From: Octopus vulgaris
Lineage: Eukaryota
Assembly: GCA_951406725.2 (NCBI GenBank)
Contig: OX597814.1
Span: 92,008,001 to 92,072,000 of the forward strand
Length of the DNA stretch: 64,000 bases
Reading direction: 5' to 3'
The notes below the pieces were generated by a model, which made no database searches, had not been told where the DNA came from, and saw only the letters and a program-made list of their open reading frames with translations. A program made the translations under genes and the position numbers. Shown in pieces: positions 40,453 through 54,018 of the stretch (within the stretch, counting starts at the first letter, position 1; each line of letters starts with the position of its first letter).

Positions 40453-41214
40453 TAATCTTTCTCGTATCTCCTTCTCCTCCTTGTACACATGCGCAGCATC
40501 TTTGGTTACTATGGAGACACAGTTTTTCGCCACGGTGATATGTAAAATATTCACTTCTGATTGGTTAAAATACCTACATTCTGCAAATTTTAATGGCTGA
40601 TAACTTTTTAACTATGGATTTATAAGGAAAATGAATTTCATTTTCATAATTAGTATACAAAACTTAATCCATCTATCAACTTTGAAAACAATTGGAATAA
40701 AATTGTAAACAGTGACGAAAATCACAAAGATCCGTGGGCCTCTAAATGTATTAGCAAGATACTCTATGCCTATATTAACTATTAGTAAGGTACATACATT
40801 CCTATACATTGTGTTTCAAGTAGTCATGAAGAATAAGCGAAGAAGAAAGAAGGAAAAACAGACTAATAGACATGCAGTTAAAACTCAAGAATCTATAAAT
40901 AGATTCATTGGTAGTTTACAGGAAAAAGGAACAAAAGAGAGCTAGTATCAGTGACACTCCTCAGCACTGTTGGCAACAGCAGGAATAACAATAACTTTCA
41001 CGGGCAGGAGTTACGGGAGATTTTGAGAAAAAGCAATCAATCTTTCCTGTTTAAATTACCGATAGAAAAATGAATATATACAGCGTGGTTTTTCTTAATA
41101 TTTAATGAGGTTTTACACCAATATGAATTCTCGTAGCAGAGGAGTTTAGCAGTGTTGTTTGTTAAGGGAACTGCCGCGCTTCATAGCTTTCGTAATAAAA
41201 AATGAAAAAATAAT

Positions 41215-41610
41215 AATAATGAAATTATTGTATACAGTGCTCAGGTGCACCACAACTTGTCAAAAGTGCGTATAAAGCATATACAGTACAAATGACTGGA
41301 AAGTGAACAGTGTATGAGTCAGATACATGCTTGCATGAGTATGGAGGGGAGATGTAGTGTTGGCGAATCTCAGGAAGCATGAAAGTTTTGAAGGATGTAG
41401 TGCTCCAACAACTAACAACTGATGGCGGCAGTTTGTTCCATACTTCAGCAACTCTTAGCGTGAAAAAATGTTTCCGAAAGTCATGGGAGCTGTGCTGTTT
41501 TCTGAATTTGTAAACATGTCCACGTATGTTAGACAGGTGGAGTTTGAAAAGGTGCTCAGAGTTATTGTTTGTAATAATTTTATGGGTCTCTGCCAAGTCA
41601 GCTGCCATAC
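41215..41610 (-). mobile_element. CR1 LINE 3' end
   Basis: DLAETHKII..RGHVYK..RKHFFTLRVAEVWNKLP..SFK, followed by an (ATT)n tail. Confidence 0.88.
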
Positions 41611-42200
41611 GTCGGAATTGTTTAGCTTGTAAATATATTAACTTTTCATTTTCTACATTTGTTAAAGTATCTGCGACACCTTACAACATTCGTTGTTGTG
41701 TAGCTTGTAAATGTTTCGACAGTTCATTTTCTGCCTTTGTTAAAGCATCGACTGTATTTATAGTTTTCGTGGTTGTATAATTCGTACATATGTCAACTGC
41801 TTATCTTCAGCATTTGCTATCAGTTCTGGAGAGTGTTCTGAGCTTTGAGATTCGGAGCTGCTTCAAATCTTCTTGGATATAAAAGAGAAACGTTGGCGTC
41901 TTTCGAAAAACTGGTAAAAATTATATTATCACAGAGTTACAGATTTTGTATTTACTTCATACCATGTTTAACATAAGTAACCAGAGTTGTCTGCGTATTC
42001 GAATAATCAGAAAAAATTAAATTCTCAAAGAAAATCGTAGATTTTCAAGTTACTGAAATAATTTTAAAACAAGATTTCGGTTCGAAAACTGCGTTTGAAA
42101 TTTTATTCCTGTTTCTTCAGTAGCTCACCGCTGGCAAGGATGGTGCTATGCTCTCTTATCATCACCATCATTATCATCATTATGATTATTGAAAGCATCG

Positions 42201-42238
<38 letters not shown>

Positions 42239-42809
42239 GTTGTTGTTGTTGTTGTTGTTGTTATTGTTGTTGGTTTACATTCACATTCCTAATCGAATTT
42301 ACCTGAGATTGTGATATAAATTGTATCACAATAATTGTATTTTAAATGTTATTCTTCTTCATGGCTTCTTCATATGTGATCTACAAATGTCTGGATTTTT
42401 TTTTTTTTTTTAGTAACAAAATATTTCAACTATTTAATCTCTTAGAACGTTATCGGGAATAATTCATCAAGGTACTTGTGAAATTCTCTGCAATTTCCTC
42501 TAAAATTAGAAAGCATCATTTCCTATAAACTAATTTAGTTGATCCAAATTTACTTTCGTCATTGAAATGTTCGTGATTTTATTATTTTCATTAGCAAAAG
42601 ATTTTTATATTTCCTGTAATTGTATTTATATTTTGCTGTATTTGTGTCTGAGGAGCTCACTGCGGAGCTCACTGAACTGCAAGACATATATATCTTTTTC
42701 ATGAATTCTTTTTCAAAACTAAATTTGAAAATCAAAACAAAAGATAGTAAATCTATTTTGAAGCTATGCAATTATACTTATTTCGTTTCGATGTAATGTT
42801 TAATTTGGT

Positions 42810-42995
42810 TCTAAATTTTGCCACAGGGCCAGCAAATATGGTATAAAGGTAAGTCGATTTACATCCCACACCGCACCCAGTGTTCAACTGGTACTTATTT
42901 TATATAACTCGAAATACAAAACTAACTTCGGCGGAAGTTAAAAACAGAACGTAAAAACGAAGAAAATGTCTCGGAACAATTTGTCCAGTTTGCTA
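42810..42995 (-). mobile_element. Decayed family B SINE
   Basis: cccagtgttcaactggtacttattt and ttcggcggaa match the reverse complement of family B. Confidence 0.6.
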
Positions 42996-43049
42996 AATAT
43001 GCCAGAAAGTCTGTGGGTAGTTATAAAAGAATCAGTTACAGATTTGGGA

Positions 43050-43600
43050 CTGAGTTTTTGACGTATTTCGGATGAGAACATATAAAAGATTAAATTCAAC
43101 ACACTCACAAGGATGGTTTCACTCCCATGGCATGCCTTTTCTTATTCTGGTGAGACAATGTTGAAACTCATGTGCAGCCAGGAATATCGAGTATAAAACT
43201 GATGGATATCCGACCATTCATCTGATTTGATATACGTAGAAGAGGGAAACAGCAAGAAAATTTGTGCTGTGGTGTATTATGTGCATGTGTAGGGTTGATG
43301 ATGATAAGGCTGCTGTAAACAGACCTGATAAATTCAGATGTGGGAATACTGAGGCAGGTTCTGAATATCGAGGTGAGAAAGAGATTAAGTTTCTTCGGAA
43401 GGTCTGTCTATAGATCAGCGCAGGTTTACGTAAGGAAATAATGATTGTAGCGAGACAATATCTTTGAAAGTCAAGGTTACTCTATCGTCTGTGATAGAGA
43501 TGAGAATACAAAATAGTTTTGATTGTAGAAGTGACCAAAGGACGATGAATTTAGAGAGGGGGGAATTAAATGATGGATTTAATGATGGTAACAATAAGAT
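43050..43600 (-). mobile_element. Decayed PLE RT remnant
   Basis: RPLVTS, DIQNL..SIP and KG.AMG motif traces in the expected order. Confidence 0.45.
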
Positions 43601-43769
43601 GGCGTTTGCTGCAAGTATTTGTTTTTTATTATGATTAGGTAAAATTCACAGGGACGAGAGAAAAAGATATATATATGTATATATAACTGAACCACCGCGA
43701 CGCTTCTGTATGATAGTTTAATAACGTAATTAACAAATATGATATTAGATTTACATTATACGGTAGCAT

Positions 43770-44790
43770 CGATTTGTATATACTAGTAACTCATTCTCGA
43801 GGTATTAGGGCACTGGACTTAAGTAATACTTATGACATGCACATTCAAATAGTTATGCACGATAGGAAGTCACAACTCATTGATAGAATCTTGACTTGGA
43901 ATGAAAGTCTGAGGAAATCGGTACATTTGTGGCCAGCAAAGCCTTTTAAGGCAGTAGAGTAATAGTCAGTATCGTTGCCTCGAATAAATTTTCGAACTCC
44001 AAAATCAGATTATATAAGATATTTGCTTAACTGTAAAACATCATTCTAATGAGCATGTGCTAGATAAATATAGACAAGAACCGGTAAACACCTTTTAAAA
44101 TCCGAGTCAATCGAAAATTTACAAACCTCTAAGATATTAACCTTAACTTCGACACATGAACAACATATAAATCCTTTGGAAAATGCAATAAATAACCGAC
44201 TTATATTAAAGCTAAATGTTTGCATCCAGCATCCAGATATTCTTAAATATCTATGCATCATTTATGAATGTATGTTACAGGAAAATTTTTAGAAGCCTCT
44301 TGAACGTGTTATTGTACATCCCGTGCGAATAATATCAAAACACAGAAAGCATCAAAACCATCGAAACAGAAAGCACGTTCAAAATCAATGAATTATGCAG
44401 TTTTGTAACATTGCTGCATATGGATATAAAGTTATAGCTACTAAATCAAACAGATCAGTCAATGTTAAACATTGTATTTAACGTATAGCAAGTATGTTTA
44501 AAGGGTGAGAGGGAAATTTCACTGCTTTCTACAAGCAAAGAATTAAGAGAAAATCTACACCGTCTGAATTATATTAGGCGGCTGAAGGAGACGTATTTGA
44601 ACTATGAAATACGATATAAAATTCTGAAATGAAACATTCCACGGCACTTACTAATTTGATATTGTTCAGGAACATCAGAGAACTGTATTACACCAAACTC
44701 ACCAAACGGTTCACAGAAATATGAGAATGGAAAATCAAAGTCTTTCCTCAGATGGCATCACATTAAAGAAATGTTTAAGCTTCAGTAGCT
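43770..44790 (+). mobile_element. Possible decayed PLE
   Basis: Traces LY...THSRGIRAL, LTKRFTE and terminal DG...KE. Confidence 0.3.
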
Positions 44791-44914
44791 AATGATATGA
44801 CCTGATTCATCAGGTTTTGAGGCATACATCAAACCTGTTTGCTGCATGTTACTCTGCTTTTATTCACATTTACCTGTAGCTACTATAAAAAATATCATGA
44901 TTACAGAACTTATA

Positions 44915-45120
44915 TAAGGCAGTGCGTGAGAACCGTTAGGACCGTTAGTACATCGGACTAAATGCTTAGCAGCATTTCTTCTGGATTTACGTTTTAAGTT
45001 CAACTTGACATTCCATCGTTTGTGGGTCGGCAGAATAAGTGCCAGTTGAACACTGGGGGTTGGTGTAATTGACTTATACCAACTCCTCAAAATTATTGGC
45101 CTTTTACCAAAGTTTAAAAT
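44915..45120 (+). mobile_element. Decayed family B SINE
   Basis: aaatgcttagcagcatttc..ttccatcgtttgtgggtcgg..gccagttgaacactggggg. Confidence 0.7.
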
Positions 45121-45609
45121 CATAATTAAAAATACGCATGTACTCAGAACTACCTCGCATACAATATTGGTATATTTAAATTAGTTTCTTATGAGCCCAC
45201 CTTTTTCTATTCATCCTACACACTTCTCTCATTATCACATGTGTGTGCCTGTTTATAATGTGTGTCTGTGTATGATAGCTATTCAATTAACGTTTTATTT
45301 ATTATTCTGAACTTTCTCTAATCATTCGATATCACGAGAATATATTTCACTTGTTTCTTTTCCTCGGTTATCATGTTGATGTAAATAACATGTCACATTT
45401 CATTTATTTCTCAACGTTGTGTTAGGTTTCCAATATTCAGAGTAATGTATTTTAGCGAAGTCAAGCAATCATATTGCTTCCATATAATTAACATCGAGCA
45501 AGGTAAAATATATAATTTATGATTCTTGTAAGTGATTTAATCACGCAAGAAATTTTATCATATCAATATTTGTACCAATATACATCGCACATACATATAT
45601 AGAATACAT

Positions 45610-47923
45610 TATTGTTGTTGTTGGCAGCTTGGGAAGATGCGTTTTGAGCGCTCCGTAATTTGGGAGTTTTGTTGTGACTTTTTGAACGATTTTGACTGTT
45701 TTGTTTGATTGTTTTTGTTTTCTGGACACCTTTTGGTGTGCAGAAGGGTTGTTTTTTTGTCAAGATCTCCCCAATTTAGGGAAGAATTTTGGACATTTTG
45801 TTCTTTAAAAAATAAGTTTTCGACGAAAAACAAGATGACTTCCTCTCTCGAGCGGAGTGACAGTGGCTGTTCAGCAAAGATTTCTCCTCCTCTGAACAGC
45901 ACAAATAAGAGCACCAACACGACTAACAGCACCAGAACCACCATTAACATGGAAAAAGAAGAGAAAAGTCAGGAAAACCCAACCAACACAGCATGAACAC
46001 AGACAGCACAAACGAAAAAGAAATGTCAAGCAAGAACAACTACGACAAATCAAGCAAAAACGGTTTCGTCTCGGCAGCGAAAGAAACCAGGCAGTTAATT
46101 CAATTAACTACAGACGATTTTTAAAAAATGTAAAGGGATTGTTAAGGAAGGAAGAGGACAATATCTTCATATTAAAGAAAAAAGAGTGGAACAGTCGATT
46201 CCGTAGCATTTGGAAACGGCGTTAAAACCAGTATGGACGATGAAAACATATGTAACAAGAGGTAAACGATTCAGCACTGTGGAAGTGCGCTTCGCAACGG
46301 AAGAAAAAGCAAGACAACATTCCACAATGCCACTAAAGACTGAGGAATTCCTGCTCGTGCCGATATATCTTGGTCGGCATGTCACTAAATTTAAAATTGG
46401 GGAGGTACCCTCCGAAATAAATATATGCTGGCTGTTAGCAACTGTCCTCTTTGATATAGAGGATAATGTCACAATAACGGAGGTGCATAAATTGCACCAA
46501 CAAAATTAGACGGGTCAGGGATTTGAGTTCCTCGTTCAAATTGAACAAAAGGCCCTAAACGAAATACCTGATTTTATAAAATTACAAGATAGTACCAGAC
46601 TACACGTAGCCGTGGAGGACAGGAGGACAAGGTGCTACTTTTGTGGAAGCGATCAGCCCCTCAAGGTCGACTGCCCGAAATACATGGAAATGCGTCGGAA
46701 GCTACAAGTGACAGCAGAAACTGAGGCACCTCCAGTGCAGCAGCAGGAACAACAGAAGCAGCAGAAACCAACCCAAACACCACCAGCAACAGCAACAGCG
46801 CCGCCGCCTCCAGCCGTCGCCAGAGCACCACCAACATCAACAACAAAGACACCAGCTGGAGTACTGATGCGCAGACATGAGCTGACGTTGCGGTATCTCC
46901 AGCATTTCCTTGACGGTGATCAGGTAGGGTCACCATTTGTCAGGCACACTTTTCCACAGCTCGTCTCTTTGACTGAGCTGCAATCCTGGATTAGGCGTAG
47001 ACCAAGCAGGGGCGCTTGGTACCTCGAGTGCCGTCAAGCGCTCACAGCCCTCCGCCAAGCGAGCAATGCGGTTGGTGATAGTTCCACTCTAGCCTTCGAA
47101 AGAGGGCTAGTGGAGGGAAAGTGTGATGACGTCCTCAGGAAAAATCTGGATGTTAAGGAAGATCAACTAACCGGTCTGTTTCGGAGAATTTTCGGCCCTC
47201 AGCTTATGGATAACTTCCAGAAATCCCTCACCTGGTAGTGCTACCGAGGGCGCTGCCTGTTCGAGATAAACTTTACAGACACGGAAGTGCCGTCAGCCGG
47301 GTCTGCCCGAGGTGCGCCCAGAATGATGAAACCGTTTTTCACGCCCTAGTCCAGTGCCCGAGATTTGCTGCCTTGTGGCCTTATGTCGAACACATGCTGT
47401 CGCGTGTAGGACGGATCAGGCTATCAGCTGAATGTATTGTGAAGATTGCCCCCACCGCCCTCTTTTGGCCGGGAGGGGCAGGCAATTTGATTTGTCTAGT
47501 GGCTATAGCAAAAGAGCTAGTACGGCGTACCCATTTGAAAGGGCTAAAGACAGACACTTTCCTCTTTGGCCAAGCCCAAGGAATTTGAGGTTAAAGAGGG
47601 AAGTGTTGCCTTATAGCAAGTTTGTTAAAAGGTGGGTGAATGTAAGAATGGCCAGTGTGAATGGAACAATTCTGAGCATACAACTGTGAAAAGTTAAAGG
47701 AGAAATCCTCTTGCCCTATTGATCAGGCAACCATGTTTTTTCTGGATCTTTCCATGAGGATCTTAAAGCGCCTTCTCCTATTGGAAATTTTAATCTATTT
47801 AATATTTTATTGTTATTTATATTGTTTACACGTGGAAAACCCATTCTATCGTCTCGTTTTTGTCTTTTATGTTGTTGCATGTCTTTTTTTGTATTTGAGC
47901 CCTTGTGGCTAATAAAAGAATGA

Positions 47924-47925
<2 letters not shown>
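45610..47925 (+). mobile_element. Tx1/L1-clade LINE derivative lacking endonuclease and RT
   Basis: T-rich 5' UTR. ORF1 remnants (VEVRFATEEKA..YLGR..KIGEVP; knuckle CYFCGSDQPLKVDCP) are joined near 46860 to post-RT ORF2 sequence (ALPVRDKL..CPRCAQNDETVFHALVQC). AATAAA and (ATT)n tail. Confidence 0.85.
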
Positions 47926-47964
<39 letters not shown>

Positions 47965-48599
47965 TACTACTACTACTACTACTAGCAAACACCCCCACCA
48001 TCCATTGGGCAGTTTGTATAGGTGAAGAGGGTTAATTTGGACGGTGTTAAGTCGTGGAAATGTTTGGTGATTGTATGGGGTTATTACGTTTCGTTAGGGC
48101 ATTATAGATTCCTAAGACGTTAAAACTGTTGACAGTTTCTTCTAAATAAGGAAAATTAACTGACAGTGAACCTTTTCAACATTCTTATGAGGCCAATAAA
48201 ATGAAAGAAAGCTGTTCAGCCCACAATATATACAACTTCCAGCGGAATTGGACATCATAATTAAACTTAAACTTTTTGCACTCAAACACTTTCACATTAG
48301 TTCAAACCTCATATTGACACCTATACGTCAGACCGAACGCTGTTTATCTCCAACGTGAATATTGCAAGTGATATTTAAGCAATAAACAGTTCTTTGGCTT
48401 TTGAATTTGACGACTGTTGCTTTATGTATTTTATTTCGATTTTCACTTGCGTAGTGTAAGAACTACAGGATAAGTAACATTAGTTTCGAATAAATATATA
48501 AATGGAAGTTTTAATCACCCGATGGACAGGCAAACAGAAACTGCTACTCAATAAAGGCGCAAAAATGCTTAAAGAAGTCTCTCTTCTCTCAAAAAGTGA

Positions 48600-49379
48600 C
48601 ACAAAAAGAGTTGAAATTCGGGGGTGAAATAATACAATGTGCAATAAAATAACATAAGGCATGTACTTTTTATCACAAAAATTGAATAATACCGCTTATT
48701 TTTAAAGTTGGATGAAAAACGCTAGGCAAGGTTATAGATGTAACCCCCCAAATTATTCACGCTTTTTAAGCTATCAATTTGTCCTTTCTACTTTCAATTA
48801 AATTTTGTTGAGAATATCTTCAGGAAATTGAGTAATCATCAGTTATTTATTTGCTTTATTTTGACGTTTTTGCTCACTTAAAGTAACTGCCTTTTCCTAG
48901 TAGTTTTTCATGTCAGCTGATTTATTGCCCGAAAAGCAGCCGTAAGAACACATTTGACTGCGAATTCACGTGGTTTATTACAGTTAATTAAAGTTAGAGT
49001 TATATCGATTTTTTTAGCCGCTTACAAAAGTGTGAAAGCGCAGAAACGAATACACTTGTCAGGCACACTGGCTAATATAAATCAAAATTTACAAATAGCA
49101 AGCTTTATTTACATATATCTATCATTTAAATGTGAAAGCGTAGAAATGAATTGCTTAGAACGTCGGTTAATGAACAGGATGGCGGAAGAAACAGGAAAAA
49201 GGGGTACAAAAATAGCGATTCTCACTTTGAAACAGACAATTTTGGAAATCTTTTTATGTTACGGAACGCCCCACTCACTCATGTATCCACGTTTAAAATT
49301 TCAGCGCAATAGGATGAACAATACTCGAGTTATAAGCGCCCCAAAAACTGACAGACAGAATGGGATTTATATATTAAGA
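48600..49379 (-). mobile_element. Non-autonomous Helitron-like element
   Basis: 5' A|TCTTAATATATAAA..TGTCTGTC..TATAACTCGAG..CCTATTGCGCTGAAATTT is typical of Helitron 5' ends. The 3' end is not resolved. Confidence 0.55.
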
Positions 49380-49393
49380 TTATTATTATTAAA

Positions 49394-50050
<657 letters not shown>

Positions 50051-50058
50051 TTGGTATA

Positions 50059-50170
50059 GGCGGCGAGCTGGCGAAATCATTAGCACACCGGGCGAAATGC
50101 TTAGCGGTATTTCGTCTGTCGAGATCGACTTTACCTTTCATTCTTTCGGGGTCGTCGATAATTTAAGTAT
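50059..50170 (+). mobile_element. Truncated family B SINE
   Basis: ggcggcgagctggcgaaatc head plus Nin core. Confidence 0.8.
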
Positions 50171-50195
50171 CACAACAATACCAACAGGAGCAAAT

Positions 50196-50240
<45 letters not shown>

Positions 50241-50764
50241 TCGAATCTAATTACGACGTGCCCGTAGTCAACATGTTATGCAAAACAACTTAACAGGTTG
50301 ATGGAATACTGACGGGAGCGGCTAACCAGGGAATGATCGCCACCCCAAACATATGGAGTCTAGGTGTGTGGTCGCACAGTTTACTGGAGCTAGTAGAAAA
50401 ATGTCCTCTCACAATGGTTAATGTATATTTGTACCCACTGTAGCTGCAAAAAGGATGGGATGGTTGCATTTTGGATGCTGTTGATCAACAGTGACCTGTG
50501 GTTAAACAACAACAACGTCAAAAGTAACAGCAACACAGCAGTCTAACAAAGAATTTAGTAAAATAACTTATTTATCATTAAGCTGGTGTTAGGAACATAA
50601 ATTGTGACTAAGTTTGCTGGAAGATTTTAATTCAAAACATTTGTACTACAGACCCAGAGACGGTTTCAGCCAGGTTGCTATCCCCTCCCCGAAATGGCTG
50701 TTCTTGTAGCAAAATTTAAAACCATTATCATTATTATTATTAATGTTGTTGTTGCCTTTGCACA

Positions 50765-50972
50765 GGTGGAGCACCGTCGTGAGGAGTTTTAGTCGACAAA
50801 ATCGAGTCCAAGACTTACGTTTTAAAGCATGATACTTATTCTATCGGTCCCTTTGCCGAACTGCTACGTTACGGGGACGTAAGCACACCAACAGCAGTTT
50901 CAAGTGGTGATGGATGGGCAAACATAGGCACAAGCACACACACAAACACATCCACACACACACAAACTCACA

Positions 50973-51047
<75 letters not shown>

Positions 51048-51165
51048 ATATATACATACACGAGGCGACGCACTTCCCAAAGTGCTACAGTTGAACCCAG
51101 AAATAAGTATGAAATCTCCGTCTAAACCAAATCCACTAAGGCGCAAGGCTTTTGTCGACCCGAGG
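50765..51165 (-). mobile_element. Decayed family A SINE
   Basis: Matches the body of 1362-1745. Further pieces lie at about 51690-51750 and 51840-51905. Confidence 0.8.
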
Positions 51166-51610
51166 CATGGTTCATATGATGGGGCAGGCATCGGATCTAA
51201 TTGATCTTTCTCCGACCTCATAAGACATTCTAACGTACATTTCGCCATCTACAAAGATGATCCTCGCCTTAACAGCTAATACAATGGACAGCACAAGATC
51301 GTTTAGAAGGATATTATCCAGTTAATATTATAGAACGTATTCAGAATTTCACTCTCATCTCAATAGCGTGCATTATAATAGTTAGATAGTGGTTTAGCGA
51401 AAATAAATATACCTATGAACAAAGGTATATTCTACACTGATAGATAGTCCAGCAATGACACAATTTAAAATAGTTTAGTTCAACTACCAATTTAAAACAT
51501 AATCAATCATAACATACAAAACACAAGAAGAAAACAGCTGTTCATGCGGAATAAAGAATTGCCGCAAAGCTTGCATGTCCAAGACCATCATATATGAGGC
51601 TACCAAACCT
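51166..51610 (+). mobile_element. Multiply deleted Naiad-type PLE remnant
   Basis: GSYDGA, IYKDD and CSC...C.K.CMSKTIIYEAT occur in the correct order within about 450 bp. Confidence 0.6.
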
Positions 51611-51747
51611 TAACCACTAAAGACACCGTTTTGACGAAGAAATACTGCTGCGGGGTATTCAGACCAGGTTAATGTGACTGAAGGTGTCGTAACCATGAAA
51701 TAAGTGCATGAGAATCACGCCTCTTACCACACAGCTACGCGGATCTG

Positions 51748-51829
<82 letters not shown>

Positions 51830-52884
51830 ATATACATACACCGGCTTCTTGAAGTTTCCGTCTACCAAATCCACTCGCAAGGCTTTGGTCGGCCCGAGTC
51901 TATATTAGAACGAAAAATGTATGGCAAAACGATGTCACAAATGCAACATCATATGATAAGATTTTCCTTACATGATACTCTGCAGCTGAAATTGCCTGAG
52001 GGTGTTGAATAACCATTGATGTTGCGAAGCTATCTAAACGTCTATCTCTCTACAAATGTTAGTTCAAGACACATTAAAATCTCATCTTGTTAGGCATATC
52101 TTTCATTCGTGAGCTTTCAATCGAATAAGTCCTAATACTCAACTCACTCACATTCATGCAAGTTCGCATGTCTGTGACAGTTTAGTTGTGAATATTTCCT
52201 TATGTCAGAAGTGTTGAGTATGCAAATACAGAAGACTACTCCATTTACTGAACACAAATTCGGATCAGATTGCTTTTCAACCTTCTAAAAATATACTTTC
52301 TCCTTTCATTTGAATTAATCGTTTCTTTTACAAATCCCGACGAGGTCAACTAAAAATAGTATTTTGGTTTCAAAGAAAATGTTTCTTCCGGAAAATTCTC
52401 TTGGAAAGAATATTCTGCCATAAATTCCGTGTCGCAAATTGATTGATTAGAAAAACAAACATGTCTTTTACACAGTTTATTTTGATTTCATTATCGGAAT
52501 AAAGACAACAAAGCTATAATGTACATTGCATTTATTGCCATTCGTGACAAAAACTAGCTAAAGTGCATCCAAAAACCTTTGAAGTTTTCCGAAACAATAA
52601 TTACATCATGTCCTTCAGAAATTCAAGCTCCAGAAGTAATAGAAATTTGAGAAATAGTATAGAAAGTTTGTTTTGATAAAAGATATTTACTTAAAATAGA
52701 AAATCTGTCCCTGGATTCTTTAAATTGGAATATAAAATCATTTGTTCAGAAGTCAGTTTTCACACATACACACACACACACATACACTTACACACGCACA
52801 TACACACTAACATACACGGATGCACAGATACATACGTAGTAGATATACACGAGTGCATATTTTTTCTGAAGAATTCTTAAATGG

Positions 52885-52885
52885 T

Positions 52886-52927
<42 letters not shown>

Positions 52928-52946
52928 TATATATAGATAGATAGAT

Positions 52947-52984
<38 letters not shown>

Positions 52985-52985
52985 C

Positions 52986-53068
<83 letters not shown>

Positions 53069-53070
53069 TA
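52885..53070. repeat. (CA)/(TA)/(GATA)n microsatellite; another at 53494-53650
   Basis: Direct inspection. Confidence 0.95.
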
Positions 53071-53491
53071 TTAATTGTAATGATTCAGTAGAATCTATGC
53101 ACATTGACACGTAGAACGCTAGAAATGACTAGGTGCGATAACATAGACATGACACTGACGTAGACAATAATGAAGGTATCAAGTGTTGGTCGGATACTTC
53201 AGATATGGGAGTATCAAATCCAATTTAAACCGCAGATCTGGCCCCAGGGCATGGTTCCAGGTGCGGAGTAGGTATTAAAAAATGAGGACACAAAAACATT
53301 TAAATATACGGCAGCTGTTTATTGATGTATTCATAGATTACATCATAACATATACTCCACCAACTTCATGTGGCATAAACAGCAATGTCAAAGGCAACGA
53401 GATGAAATGATTACAGTTTTTAAATTCATCTATCTAAATTACAGAACGTACAAAATTTACAGACATGCTAGTCTTGAGTTGACAGCAAAGG

Positions 53492-53528
<37 letters not shown>

Positions 53529-53544
53529 ACACACATATATATAT

Positions 53545-53651
<107 letters not shown>

Positions 53652-53687
53652 TTAGAAGGTTTGATGATGATGTACAAGTATTATATA

Positions 53688-53958
53688 TTAGAATAAGTGA
53701 GGTACTCAGAAATCCGGATGGTTTTATATTTACAGATATATATTAGTATGTTACATGTGTTTATACATTATATATCATATACCATATATAGCGCTTTCTA
53801 GTGGAGCTTTCAGATTGAACTGTTCAATTTGAAGACTCCACTAGAGTGGACGAAAGCGCCCATATATGATATATGATATATGATATATAAAAACATGTAA
53901 CATACTAATAAATATCTGTAAAAACCATCCGGATTTCTTAGTTCCTCATTTCTTCTAA
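53688..53958. repeat. Spacerless palindrome of two divergent PLE pseudo-LTR copies with hammerhead motifs
   Basis: Centre at 53821. Right arm reads TTGAAGA-C-TCCAC(TAGA)GTGGA-C-GAAA-GCGC. Left arm is the reverse complement with a small deletion. Confidence 0.85.
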
Positions 53959-53962
53959 CACA

Positions 53963-54018
<56 letters not shown>

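Noticed and set aside
40730-41200. hAT transposon 5' fragment (KRRRKKEK..SINRF)
   Set aside because: Only a basic patch, with no TIR pair or catalytic motifs.
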